DNA of 64,000 bases from Octopus vulgaris (taxonomy: Eukaryota), in contig OX597816.1 in the NCBI GenBank assembly GCA_951406725.2, positions 62,001 to 126,000 of the forward strand, in the 5' to 3' direction. Positions 26,607 to 39,119 of this stretch are shown here, piece after piece (position 1 is the stretch's first letter; every line of letters begins with the position of its first letter). A program made the position numbers and the translations under genes. The notes under the pieces are model-generated. The model worked only from the letters and a program-made list of their open reading frames with translations. It did no database searches and was not told where the DNA came from.

Positions 26607-29135
26607 TTCTGCGCCGTGAGGATGAAAGACTTGAGGTATTTCGTGTTGCAAGACAGTGTGTGAAAGAGAATCGCGATGTGGTAGGAGAGAAATGTGTTCG
26701 CATGGATGATGGTTCACTTGCGCTAAATGAGGAAGCAAAGAGAGTGGTTTGGAGACGCCACTATGAAAGGTTGCTGAATAAAGAAAATGAATGGGATAAA
26801 GAGAGTCTGCCGAATGTCGACCCAACAGAGGGACCAGCTATCTGTGTTGACAGTTCCTTGGTAGTCAAGGCAATTAGAAGCATGAAGACAGGGAAAGCTC
26901 CAGGCCCATCAGGAATTACTGCAGAGATGCTCAAAATATCTGGCAGTGTCGGATATAGCCTAGTCACCCGTATAGTTAACCAGGTGATACACGAAGGAGT
27001 CATACCCAATGACTGGTGTAGCAGCACCATAATCAAATGCTACAAAGGTAAAGGTGACGCCCTAGAGACAAATAATTACAGAGGTATCCAGCTGTTGGAT
27101 CAGGTAATGAAGGTTACGGAGAGGGTCATAGCCCAACTGATTAGGGAGGGAGTCAACTTGGATGAGATGCAGTTTAGTTTCGTGCCAGGGAAAAGTACCA
27201 CTGATGCCATATTTCTGGTAAGAAAGCTGCAGGAGAAATACCTAGCCAAAGATAAGCCCCTGTACCTGGCTTTCGTTAACATGAAGAAATCCTTTGACAG
27301 GGTCCCCCGATCCCTTATCTGGTGGTCAATGAGGAAACTAGGGATAGATGAATGGTTAGTGAGAGCTGTGCAAGCCATGTACAGGGACGCTGTAAGTAAG
27401 GTAAGGGTTGGCAACGAGTACACTGAAGAATTCAAGGTAGAGGTTGGGGTCCACCAGGGTTCAGTCCTCAGCCCTCTCCTATTTATCATAGTCCTCCAGG
27501 CAATAACGGAGGAATTCGAGACAGGATGCCCCTGGGAGCTCCTCTATGCTGATGACCTTGCTCTAATTGCTGAGTCACTATCAGAACTAGAGGCAAAGTT
27601 TCAAGTGTGGAAACACGGATTAGAATCGAAGGGCCTTAGAATCAACCTAGCTAAAACCAAAGTCCTAATATGTAGGAATGCAGGCAAACCACAAATCCCT
27701 TCAGGTAGATGGCACTGCTCGATCTGTAGTAGAGGTGTAGGTAGAAACTCTATAAGATGTACCTAGTGTAAGCTATGGACACATAAGAGGTGCAGTAATA
27801 TCAAAGGAAGGCTAACTGGGAAGATAGTTTTTGTATGTGGCAGATGCTCGGGAGCAATAAACACTGAAAATGCGCAGAGACCAACTTCCACCATATTCCA
27901 GGGAAAAAACTAGAAATAGTTGATAGCTTCCGTTATCTAGGTGACCAAATCAGTAGCGGAGGAGGGTGCACTGAAAATGTAGCTGCTAGAATAAGAATAG
28001 TTTGGGCAAAGTTCAGAGAGCTCTTACCTCTGCTAGTGACAAAGGGCCTCTCGCTCAGAGTAAAAGCTAGACTGTATGGCGCTTGTGTACGAACAGCCAT
28101 GCTACATGGCAGTGAAACATGGGCTGTGACTGCTGAGGACATGCGTAAGCTCGCAAGGAATGAAACCAGTATGATCCGATGGATGTGTAATGTCAGTGTG
28201 CATACTCGACAGAGTGTAAGTACCTTGAAAGAAATGTTGGACCTAAGAAGCATTAGATGTGGTGTGCAAGAGAGACGACTGCGCTGGTATGGTCATGTGG
28301 TGAGAATGGATGTGGATAGCTGTGTGAAAAAGTGCCACACCCTAGCCGTTGAGGGAACCTGTGGAAGAGGTAGATCCAGGAAGACCTGGGATGAAGTGGT
28401 GAAGCACGACCTTCGAACATTAGGCCTCACCAAGGAAATGATTAGACCAAGACCTTTGGAAATATGCTCTGCCCGAGAAGACCTGGCAAGCCAGATGAAA
28501 CCATAACCCGTGGCCTATGCCAGGAGCGTAACCAGCCCGCTTATGCGTAGCTTTTCCTTCATTGGTTACTAAACTTTGCTTGCAAAGACCTGTTGAGGCA
28601 AGTGAAATCAAAATCAAAATCATTTCGATGAATGGCATCCGTGCTAGCGGGGTGCAAAGAGCACCATACGAGTGTGATCATTGACAGAGCAGCTATTGGA
28701 GTATGATTGTTACCAGCGTCACCTTACTGGCACTTATGCCTGTACTAGTAGAGTGCCAAGAACACCATCCGAGCGTGATCATTGTGATCGTTGCCAAAGC
28801 AGCCAACTGGCTTCCATACCTGTGGCACGTAAAAGGGCACCATTCGAGCATGATCGTTACCAACGTCGCTTCACTGGCACCTGTGTCGGTGGCATGTGTA
28901 AAAAGATTTGAGCGAGGTCATTGCCAGTATCACCTGACTGGCCTCCATGCAGGTGACACGTAAAAAGCACCCACTGCACTCTCGGAGTGGTTGGCGTAAG
29001 GAAGGGCATCCAACTGTAGAAACTTTGCCAGATCAAGACTGGAGCCTGGTGCAGCCATCTGGTTGCTAGCCCTCAGTCAAAACCGTCCAACCCATGCTAG
29101 CATGGAAAACGGACGTTAAATGATGATGATGATGA
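26607..29135 (+). mobile_element. Longest RTE copy (5'-truncated; RT, PHD-like insert, 3' UTR repeats, (ATG)n tail)
   Basis: ORF 26660-27766 (368 aa, RT domains, stop inside the PHD insert) and ORF 28036-28506. Tail at 29090-29135. Confidence 0.95.
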
Positions 29136-29232
29136 TATATATATTATAATAAAGGGTAAAAATCATTAATGATTTTACCAGTGGGCTAGCATGGAAATAA
29201 AAACATCATAGGTGAATTTTACAAATATTTTA

Positions 29233-29444
29233 ATAATTATATACATAATTATAACAAGGGATTGGCTATAAGTCTCTCCATGTGCTAGAAAAATAGACGC
29301 CTAAAAACACTATTTCCACTTTAAAAACTCTGTGTTTTATTTTTTTGAGTTTTTAAGGTGGGAATAGAGTCTTTAGGCATCTATTTTTCTAGCGCATGGA
29401 GAGACTTATAGCCAAACTCTTGTTATAATTATGTATATAATTAT
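29233..29444. repeat. Foldback palindrome (about 97-bp arms)
   Basis: ATAATTATATACATAATTATAACAAG..GCTATAAGTCTCTCCATG pairs with CATGGAGAGACTTATAGC..CTTGTTATAATTATGTATATAATTAT. Confidence 0.88.
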
Positions 29445-29469
29445 CAATATATATATATATATATATATA

Positions 29470-29845
29470 AATCATAGTTGTGGCTGATGCCAGAGCCGCC
29501 TGTGTGGCACCCGTGCTGGTGGTACATAATAAGCACCATTCAAGTGTGGATCGATGCCAGTGTCACCTGATTGGCTCCCCGTGCTGGTGACAAGTAAAAA
29601 GCACCATCTGAACGTGGTCGAAGCAAGTGCCGCCTGACAGGTTCCCGTGCTGGTGGCATGTAAAAAGCACCCACTACACTCTTGGAGTGGTTGGCATTAG
29701 GAAGGGCATCCAGCTGTAGAAACATTGCTAGATCAGATTGGAGCCTGGTGCAGCCTACCAGCTTGCCAGTCCTCAGTCAAACCGTCCAACCCATGCCAGC
29801 AGGCAAAACAGACGTTAAACGGTATTGATGATGATGATGATGACA
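29470..29845 (+). mobile_element. RTE 3' UTR/tail fragment with three repeat units
   Basis: GCCAGTGYCRCCTGAYTGGC..GGTGRCAYGTAAAAAGCACC units, then GGAAGGGCATCCAGCTGTAGAAAC and (ATG)n. Confidence 0.88.
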
Positions 29846-29889
29846 TACATTGTCTTTAAAGTTGAGGGGGGAATTAATGATATTGCTTA

Positions 29890-31110
29890 GAAGAAGGAAA
29901 GAATGAGTAAAATCCAACAGGAAAGGTAATGGAGCTAATAGAATTAAGAGAAAAGAAAGGAAAAGGAGAAAGAAAGAGGGAGAGATATAGAGTGAGAGAG
30001 ATAGAGAGAGAGTAAGAAAAGCATAGTGGTAACTGATGGAGAAGTATAAAAAACGCAAAGATAAAAAAGAAGAGAAAGAGAGGGGAAAAAAGAAGATAAA
30101 AATCGATGGAGGAAGAGAATTAAAAGAAGAGAGCTAAAGAGAGTGAAGAGTAAAGGGAGAGAGGGGCAAGGTGATTGAATGGAAGGAACACTGAAGATAG
30201 GGGAGAATTAAGATGGAGAGGTAGAGAGAGAAAATGGAGGAAGAGATGTAGAAAAAAGAGTAAGAGTGATATAAAGAGGCAGGGAAATAGCTGAGAAGAC
30301 TCGGTTTAGAAGATGGGAATATATAGAAGAGAGAGAGAGAGACAGAAGAAAGGTGATAAAGGCGAGAAATAAGAACAGAAAAGTAAAAAAAAAATAAAGA
30401 GGAAGAATTGAAAAGAAACAGCGAGAAAGAAAAGTGAGAGAAAAAAGGGGAAAATAAAGGAGGGAAAGATAGACAGGAGAAATATAAGGGGCAAATGAAA
30501 AGAGAGAAAAAGGGGGAGTGAAAGAAAGAGTTGTAAAATTATGCTGAGATTACCGGATTAAGTAGAAAGAAGAGGATGGGAAAGAAGAGAAAAAGGAAAA
30601 GAGTGAAAGTGATGAAGTAGTTTAGGTTGGTGAAGATGAGGGGAGAAGAAAAAGTGCGTTTTAATAACGATGGGAGAGAGAGAGAGAGAGAGAGAGAAAT
30701 AGATTGTGTATCTACCGGGATAAAAAGAGAGAGTGAAAAAAATTGTATGTGAATAGACAGGGAGGGATACAGAGGTAGAGTAGATGTGAAAAGAACGAAA
30801 GTGGGGACAAAGAGCAATAGAATGCGTGTGAGTATGAAGAGAGCACATGAGAGAGATATAGTGTGTATGAATAAAGAGATAGAGATAGTGTGCAGGAATA
30901 GAGAGAGAAGGAGGGAGAGAAATAGAGAGTGTCAATACGGAGGGGGAGAATAAAGAGGGAAGAGAGAAATAGAGTATGTGTAAATACAGAGAGAGAGAGA
31001 TAAAGAAAAATAGAGTATGTAAATAAGATGTGGAGGATGAGGAGAGAAGTAGAGCTTCTATGAATAGCGAAGGAGGGAAAGAAAGCGAGAAGGTGTGAGC
31101 GAGAGGGAGG
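29890..31110 (+). repeat. About 1.2-kb polypurine (GA-rich) low-complexity tract
   Basis: The + strand is overwhelmingly A/G with (GA)n runs. Confidence 0.9.
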
Positions 31111-31131
31111 TGGCGATCTGGTTAAATGTTT

Positions 31132-31150
31132 GACAGCGCCATCTGTTGGC
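31132..31150 (-). promoter_or_regulatory. CTCF-like (also YY1-like) motif in the presumptive DENND5 promoter
   Basis: Minus-strand GCCAACAGATGGCGCTGTC closely resembles the CTCF core CCASYAGRKGGCRS. It sits at the edge of the purine tract, where CpG-richer unique sequence begins. Confidence 0.45.
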
Positions 31151-31971
31151 AAGGAGCTGACACTATGGTGGCAATGAAAGCCAGTCGGATGGACTGGAGA
31201 GGACAGAGAAAGGACGAGCTGTTGGCCTGAAACTCGAGCTTTTATTATAGTATTATTATCTCTCCTTTAGTTTTATTCATTTTGACGAGTCTTGGAAGAC
31301 TTTCGACGGCTGAGAAACAAAGAAACAACAAATATATACAATCAATAAAAAAGATAACAATGGCATCGCCGAACCGTTCGTCCGCCTCGACTTCCTCAAT
31401 CTGTCGTATGAAATAAGGTGAACTTTATCCAAGAACTGTCGGCATATTTACAGTCATCTTCTGCTGGCAACCCTAATAGGAGACCGAGGATAAGAATAAG
31501 AAAGAAAGCGTCAAGCAGTAACAGCGAACATTTAATGGGCTTTGCTTAATATTGGCTTCTCTCGTTCTCAGAAAACAAGGTGACGTCAACCACAAAAGCT
31601 TCTTTTTCCATTATAATCATATTTCTGCATAAATACGCAAAAGCATCGACGTAGACTGGAACATATGTGTATGTACAATATATGTGTGTGTGTACGTATA
31701 TATATGTGATTCTTGTTTTCTGTGCTTGTGTGTAAACACAGTCCTTGCTGCTGTGTGTGTGTGTAGGCAACCACTGACTCGATCCGCTCAAACAAACAAC
31801 ATCCACGAATGGTTCGAAGCAACATATGTGCCACACTGATGTCGTTTAGTCCGACTTGAAGACAGACGGAAGGAATTTTAAGGTTCAGCTTCCACAAGTA
31901 TTGCTTGCTTTATTTAAAGGCAAGCGGCTGCTGTTCCATTCAGTTTGAAAAAGATAGGCTTGGACAGGATC

Positions 31972-32065
31972 ATGACAGGACAGGGACCTTCTTACAGGTT
32001 TGCCGATTATTTTGTCATCTGTGGATTAGACGTGGACTCTGGTTTAGAACCTGATACGCTCTCGG
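31972..32065 (+). CDS. DENND5: First coding exon of DENN domain-containing protein 5 (Rab6-interacting protein 1 homolog)
   Basis: [32 protein letters not shown] matches the DENND5A/B N-terminus ([19 protein letters not shown]). It ends at a canonical G|GTAAGT phase-1 donor. No downstream exon was recognised in the window. Confidence 0.9.
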
Positions 32066-32483
32066 GTAAGTGCTTCCCTTCTTATATATTGCATATAAAA
32101 CCTGATGTTGTTATCATTGTGATAACAACATCAGCATCGCCACATTTATACATACATGCATTAGGTGTATATACAGATACCTAGAACAATGATGGTTAAT
32201 AATGGTTTCGAGTTAAAATACAAGGCCTGCATTTTTAAGGCAAAGGTAGATGTCATCGATTCCAATACTTATAATAATAATAATGCTTTCTTTACAATCA
32301 ATAACAATTATTATTAATAAATGTTGGCCAAAAATGTTTAAGATATTGTTGAGAGCAGTACAAAAAAAAAAAAAGAATGAGAAACTGTGGTGGATATTTC
32401 CATCGATTAAAATATTTGGGACGTGTTGAGGGGCAACAACCTCTTCATGTCGATGTCTCTCTCTCTCTCTTGCGCACACAGTA

Positions 32484-32527
<44 letters not shown>

Positions 32528-33398
32528 CTCTTCGGTATATTAAAAACATTTTTTTTCTCTCAGGTTATTTCTTTTTCGCTTTTCCTGTCCAACTTCACTC
32601 TTTAATTATTACCAACTCTTCCGTTGATATTCACAGAAGAAAGCATTTCCCGGCCACTCCCATGTAAATTATTTCTGCTTAATACCCAGTTTTAGTAAAA
32701 GTAGCTGCTACCCACGGTTAGAAGTGGTTTCTTAACAGTTGGTTGGGGGAAAATCTCTTTCATAAGCGCTAATTTACTAATTAAACCAACATTTGTCAAT
32801 TTAGCGCGTACCTGTCTTCGAGAAACAACAAACATTCCAATATAAACAGAGTTTAATTAAGTTTATTCATTACATTTATATGATGATAGGTGTTATGCCT
32901 CCAATTTCAATCAACACATTCTTGTAGTTTTTTTAGGTCTACCTTTTTTCTTTTTATTTCCTTATTTTCATTTGTTATTCTAGTGTATGTATATAACCTA
33001 GATACATACAACTTCCTCTGGCAAAAACATTCTTGTTATTTAATTCCATGCGTTAATTGCTATGCTGCATGTGTCCGTTGATAACAGGTTCGTGCGTCGG
33101 ACACGCTCCTCCTCTCGATTCTTTAAACAACCACTTTACATTCAAAGCTTAACAAGACCACTCACCAGCTGATGGCTGTTGTTGTGCTTGACTGTGGAGT
33201 TAATAGTTATTTATGTATTCTATTATTCGCAGTTTTAGAGTACATTTTAACCGAACATATCCTCTTACCCCATTCTCTATATATCTCTCTCCTTAATTTT
33301 TTTTTTGTTTTACCACAATACAGACAAAATTTCCCACACAGATCTTGTATTTTAATCTTTTTTTAATGTTTTATTTTACCACTTCTAAAAGTTTTCTT

Positions 33399-33636
33399 GG
33401 TACTATTTGAGAACAGTGGTCCCGGTGCGCGCACTCGCGTAGTCGCGCATCCGTACTAGCTAGTCGTGACTAGTCAATCCTACAACGACTACCTAGCAAA
33501 GTAAATAAAACACAAAATAAATAATTTTAAAACAAAGTAAATAATACAAAAACACAAAGTAAGGATCGACTAGTCATGACTAGCTAGCCCGGATGCGCGA
33601 GTACGCGCACCGGGACCACTCTTCTCAAGTTGTACC
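33399..33636. mobile_element. MITE with GGTAC termini and 8-bp TSD (Merlin-like)
   Basis: Long imperfect TIRs GGTACTATTTGAGAACAGTGGTCCCGGTGCGCG / CGCGCACCGGGACCACTCTTCTCAAGTTGTACC. TSD GTTTTCTT at 33391-33398 and 33637-33644. Confidence 0.85.
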
Positions 33637-33927
33637 GTTTTCTTTTGTGTTTTTAGATATTTGTTTTCTCAGTTTACATATTTCTAGAATGTCTGCTCAG
33701 ATTTAATTAAGGTAGCGCAAATGGTCTCGGTCATTCTTTGTCAAAGCAAGTGATCTTGTCCGTATGTTGGTCTCGTATGTGTATATATACATACATACAG
33801 GTGTGCGTGTTTATGTATATATGTGTATGTATGTGTATACACACACACTTGTAGAATAGCATCGGCGACTGATTATGTGTGAATATATATATATCGTTTG
33901 TAGAAAACATAAATCCGAAGAAGCACA

Positions 33928-33965
<38 letters not shown>

Positions 33966-34039
33966 AATATTGGGGAATAAATCCAAATTTACAGGGAAAA
34001 ATCAGATTTAGGATTGAATCCAATTTTATAGTAAAATAT

Positions 34040-34111
34040 TATATAATATTAATTAGAGACAAAACCATTATTTTCCTTGTTTGATTTGCAAAATAGTGGT
34101 TTTGTCTCTAA

Positions 34112-34123
<12 letters not shown>
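34040..34123. repeat. Short foldback hairpin (about 35-bp arms) between (TA)n tracts
   Basis: TATAATATTAATTAGAGACAAAACCATTATTTT / AAAATAGTGGTTTTGTCTCTAATTAATATTATA. Confidence 0.8.
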
Positions 34124-34143
<20 letters not shown>

Positions 34144-36007
34144 GCCACAATGCAATTGCAAACAGAAACTGCTAGACTACATGTAACAATAGAGATAGGA
34201 AACATAAACAAATATTAAAAAATAACCCATACACGCATTAATCTGCGATCAACTGTTCTTTATAACAACCATCAGTTCCACTGTTCTCGTTGTCATTATT
34301 CAACAGACTGCAGTTATCATCGTCAGTACATCTGTTCTAATTAAAAGCTGTTTATATCATAATTACGTGTTAATGGAACCACTGTACAGATTCTTTGTCG
34401 AGTGGCATGATTCCCATTGTATTATTGTTATTGCTAGTTGAAGGTTGTAGAGGATTCTAGTGACGACGTTGGTTATCGTATCTAAGGAGGGAAGGGTTTT
34501 AACTGTGAGGGAATTTACGAATTCCCTCAACTCACCGTCGTCATATAAATCGTAATAAAAATATTTGCAACTTAACTGAAAGCAATTTTCTGGTATCTAT
34601 GTTAAAACTTCTTGTAAAAGAACAATGTTCATATCTTTAAAAATAAGATAACACTTGCCAAGTTATTTAGTTCCAGTGAGTCCTGAAAGCTAACATTATA
34701 ATCTAAGTAAGGTTTTTTTTCTGTATTTCCAATCATCCTATATCTTATTCAGACATGGTGTATGTAGGTCTAAAATATGAGGCTTGCTCGCTGTTTTGTC
34801 ACCTGTACTCTTCGTACTTGAGGTGACACACCTTTCAAGCTGCTCTAGTCACATAACTAATTAATATCCATCAGCGTTGTGTGTGTGTGTGTGTGTGTGT
34901 GATTGAAATATCGTTTTAGTGTTTGGTTTGCAATGTTCTTAATGTGCACTCGTGTATTAATAATGATAAAAAGAACCAGTGCGTGTGTTTATTGTTTGTA
35001 TAATGACTCCCGGTATACAATCATGCATGCATACACCACGCGACACACGGACTACATTTCATCGTTACTTTTAATACGTTCTGGCATTACTTGCAATGTT
35101 TATATTGGAACTGTGATTTAGTGCTGAAAATAAGACTTTGCTCAATGATACCTGAATATACTTGATTTTTAGTTATTTTATTCAATGTGTGTAGAACACA
35201 TGGTGTAGAAGAATGTTGTACTTAGAACTATAACTCTTTCAATACAATTGGCTTAACATTCCATTTTTTTTGTATACAATACCAGTAATGCAATAAGGTT
35301 AATGGTGAAATCTATCAAGAAATAATGTAAAAACTTCCCATCTCTTCTCCTGGCTAAAATTTTATGGTTAAAAGCTATTCTAACTCTTTGAATGTTTGTT
35401 CCAAAACAGTGGTAGGAGGAGTAAGAAGAATATTCTGTGCTACTTTGGCGTGTGATCTACAATTTAAAGGGCGATTACTTTAGGTTACTTTTTACTTTAC
35501 TTTTCCATTTCTAAAAGCCCTTCAGATGTTGGCTAAAGATTTTTACATGTGTGATCAGCAAGAAGACACCAAACTTGTGTGATCTCACATTTCAATTATG
35601 TTGTTTATTCTTGGTTTCTTATTTACTAAGACATAAATGAAACCTGGTTTTATTATTATTAAAATAGTAAGAATTTTGAAAAAACACATTTACACTGCTA
35701 AGTATGTACAAAAGAATTTATAATAGATTTGAATGGCAATTTGATAATAAAGATGAAATACAAATTTGAATAATTAATGAACCAAGCAAACATCTGCTAG
35801 AAATGTAAGAACATTTTAAAGGAAGTTGTCTTCTTGAAAAAATTGAAACAATTTATTTTACCCATGTTAATTACAGTTTTTGAAATACTTGTGTATATAT
35901 GTGTGTCTGTATATATTTTGTTGTGTTATTTTATTTGTGACTCTATCTTAAGCATTTAAAGGTTTTCAACAAAATTTTCATTAGACTAATGGCAGAATTT
36001 TAAGTTA

Positions 36008-36180
36008 AGGACAGGTATGACTGTGTAGTTGAGAAAACTGCTTCCTAACCATGTTGTTTTGAGTTCAGTCCCACTGTGTAGCACCTTGGGCAAGTGTCTT
36101 CTACCATAGCCCTGGGTTCACCAAAGCCTTATTTGTGGATTTGGTAGATGGAAACAGAAAGCAGCATGTCAAGTGTGTGT
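36008..36180 (+). mobile_element. Diverged tRNA-SINE head
   Basis: GAGTTCAGTCCCACTGTGTAGCACCTTGGGCAAGTGTCTTCTAC..GGATTTGGTAGATGGAAAC, as in the 10732 SINE. Confidence 0.8.
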
Positions 36181-36976
36181 GACTCCTTGTATTGACATTG
36201 TGCAGAGTAGTTTTAACCCATAAAGTGCTGGGATTTGCACTCACATAGCATGGACTGCTGAGTACCTTTTATGAAAATGAGACTACCATGCACACATAAA
36301 AAACAAAATAATAGTTAAAATATCCTCATAGTATATAATGGTGGCAAGTTTTACATCATCTGAAAAGTCATTTAGTCCTCTTGCATTCTGGTTGGTATTG
36401 GAGTATTTGAGTGACATTAGACCCCAACAAACACCAGCCAATTCATCTGACCCATACAACATGGAAATGTAGATGTTAAAAAGTGGATTGGTAAAATTGC
36501 TGTCTTTTGTAACTGCTTATCAATGTTATTTTTTGAAGAGGTAACCCTTTTGATACCAACCTGAGACCTCCCTTGATTCTATGACACAATCTTCCTAGTT
36601 TAAAGGGATTTAAAAAAAAAGCCTTCCATTAAGTATCCATGTTAATTTATGTTTCAAACCCTAGCTTAATAATGGCAGTTATTTTACTAAATTCTTCATT
36701 ATTTTTTAAAATTAATTGAAACAGGCTGTGTATTTGAATACGAATATGGCAACAGAAGAGATTTTGAAGGCTGTGCAGAGATACAGTTGTTTTTCTTCAC
36801 ATTTTTTGTTATTTGGGAATCAAGAAATTTTTTTCCTTAGAATGATCTGAGAGAACTATTAGTATTTACAAAAAAAAAAAAATCTTTTGCCAGATTAATG
36901 AGAGGTCGATACATTCTTTTCTGTATTGCATCTTTGAGCTGAGTATATTATTATTATCATTATTATTATTATTATT

Positions 36977-37185
36977 AAGGCAGTGAGCTGGCAGATTTGT
37001 TAGCATGCTGGGCAAAATGCTTGGTGGTATTTCGTCTGTCTTCATGTTCTGGGTTCAAGTTCCACCGAGGTTGGCTTTGCCTTTCATCTTCTTTGGGTCA
37101 ATGAAGTCAAGTACTGGGGTTGATGTGATCAACTTACCCTCTCTCCACAAATTTCAGGCATTGTGCCTTTAGTAGAAAGGATTAT
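36977..37185 (+). mobile_element. Second SINE family copy (antisense relative at about 59740-59930)
   Basis: GGCAGTGAGCTGGCAG..GGGTTCAAGTTCCACCGAGG B-box-like head, flanked by (ATT)n. Confidence 0.6.
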
Positions 37186-39119
37186 TATTTGCTTCAGTTT
37201 ACTCAACATGTTAGACAACATCATTGCTTCAATGTCAGTCATGTTTCCAAGTAAACAGGAACCTATTTGTAAAAATTTTTATTTAAATTTCTGTCCAACT
37301 TCTTTCACTTACTCTTTGCCTAACCCATGCCAGCATAAAGATGAGGCATTAAATGATGATGTGTATATAATGCACATGTGTATGCAGGTGTATATGTATA
37401 TATGCATTTCTGTATGTATACAGTATGTGTTTACATGTATGTCTTTATCTATATACATATGTATGTATGCCTATATGTGTGTGTAATTATTTTGCAAAAG
37501 GTACTTTGTTTAAGAAATTGTTTCATTGTCTAAGTTTGGAAAGGTTGTTAGAGGTTCCAGTTTTTTTACCTACAGGAGTTATTGACCTTGGATCCTTATT
37601 CAGTAGGAAATTTGGCCCTATATCTCTATATATATAAACGGCAAAATGTCTGCGTGTGTGTCCTTTATACAAATCCACAATTTTTCACTTAGAGGGCTCA
37701 CACTTTCTATGGTCATTCAAAACCGTCCAAGGGTGGTCGTGCACATCCTTACATTTCCCCAGTCATCAACAAAGCCATTAAAAAATCAATAGAAGTGACT
37801 TTTTTGTGAATTTTCTATCCAAAACCCAATCAAAATGCTCGAAACTTGATACGCCAATTGAATACCAGCTAGCTGTATGTGATTAGCCATCTGGTTAGTT
37901 TTATGTATATTTAATTTGTAGAAGTGGTTGTCTGAAAGTATAGCGGTTACTTCGCTATTATTTTTCAATAAACTTTTTATTGATAAAAGCACAGATAAAA
38001 CACCTGTCTCATATTGTCACTGTCTACAATACAGATAAAACTATCTCAATCTTATTGATAAATATGTTGTGTAATAATTGTAGTTTTAAATTTAAATTTT
38101 TTGTTGTATGACCATACTGCTAACAAATTACTCTTCTCTGTTTTAATTAGTTTTGAACATAAAGAATTTGGAGGTATTTAGTGAAATTATAACTTTTACT
38201 TTTATTGTTATCATCAGTGTCCTTAGTGCTGGTAGCACAAAATAAAAAAGAGTACCCATTACACACTTATAAAGTGATTGGCGTATGGAAAAGCAGCCAG
38301 CCATTGAAACCAGGCCAAAGTAGATGTTGGAGCATGATGCTGTCTGTCCTTGGACATGTCAGACTGTCTAACCCATGCCAGCATGGAACAAGGATATTAA
38401 ATGACGATATTGTGTTGTTGCTAGAAATATAACTAAACAAAAGGTTTTTATATAAAATTATGACAGTGGAGTATGGATAAGGAGTTTTTGATTTGAATCC
38501 TTAAAAATGCTTTTTTAATATTGAAAGCAGAGGTGGTCTCAGGAAAGTTGACATCAAAACGGTTAAAGTATTTTTAGATTTAGATTTTCTCTTTCAATTG
38601 AATAATTTGCATATGTTATTGGTAGCTGAGATGTTTTGTACATGACTGGTCTTGAACTAAGGCAATGGAATTGGTACCTATGTTTAAGAAATATCTTTCT
38701 TGGAAGTACACTACAATGCTAGTTTTACTGTACAATAAATATTGACTTGTTCTATTATCACTTTGATTGGTCTTGCAAGCATACTAAGTCATTTTGTGTT
38801 TAGCTTTTGTCTTTTATACTCTCGTCAGCATAACATACAGTTTTGTGACAGTAGTTCTATTAACATCATTGTTTTAACATTTACATTTTCATGCTTGCAT
38901 GGACCAGGTAAGATTGTTGGGGCAGAGTTTACTGTGACCAGACATTCTTCCTAACACTATGGTGATCTTTGGTTTTAGGTACATTTAACTGTGGGACTGC
39001 TAATGGGACCAAAACAACCTGGGAAAATGTTGATCTACATTAGAAATTCTTATATTAATTTTTGCACAAAGCCAGCAATTTCTGGGGAGGGGTAAGTTGA
39101 TTACATTGACCCCAGTGTT

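Noticed and set aside
27895-27915. Same frameshift in two RTE copies (also 17510-17525) as programmed frameshifting
   Set aside because: It is a one-base loss in an A run, and the 11511-13248 copy is in frame. Homopolymer slippage or sequencing error is the simpler explanation.
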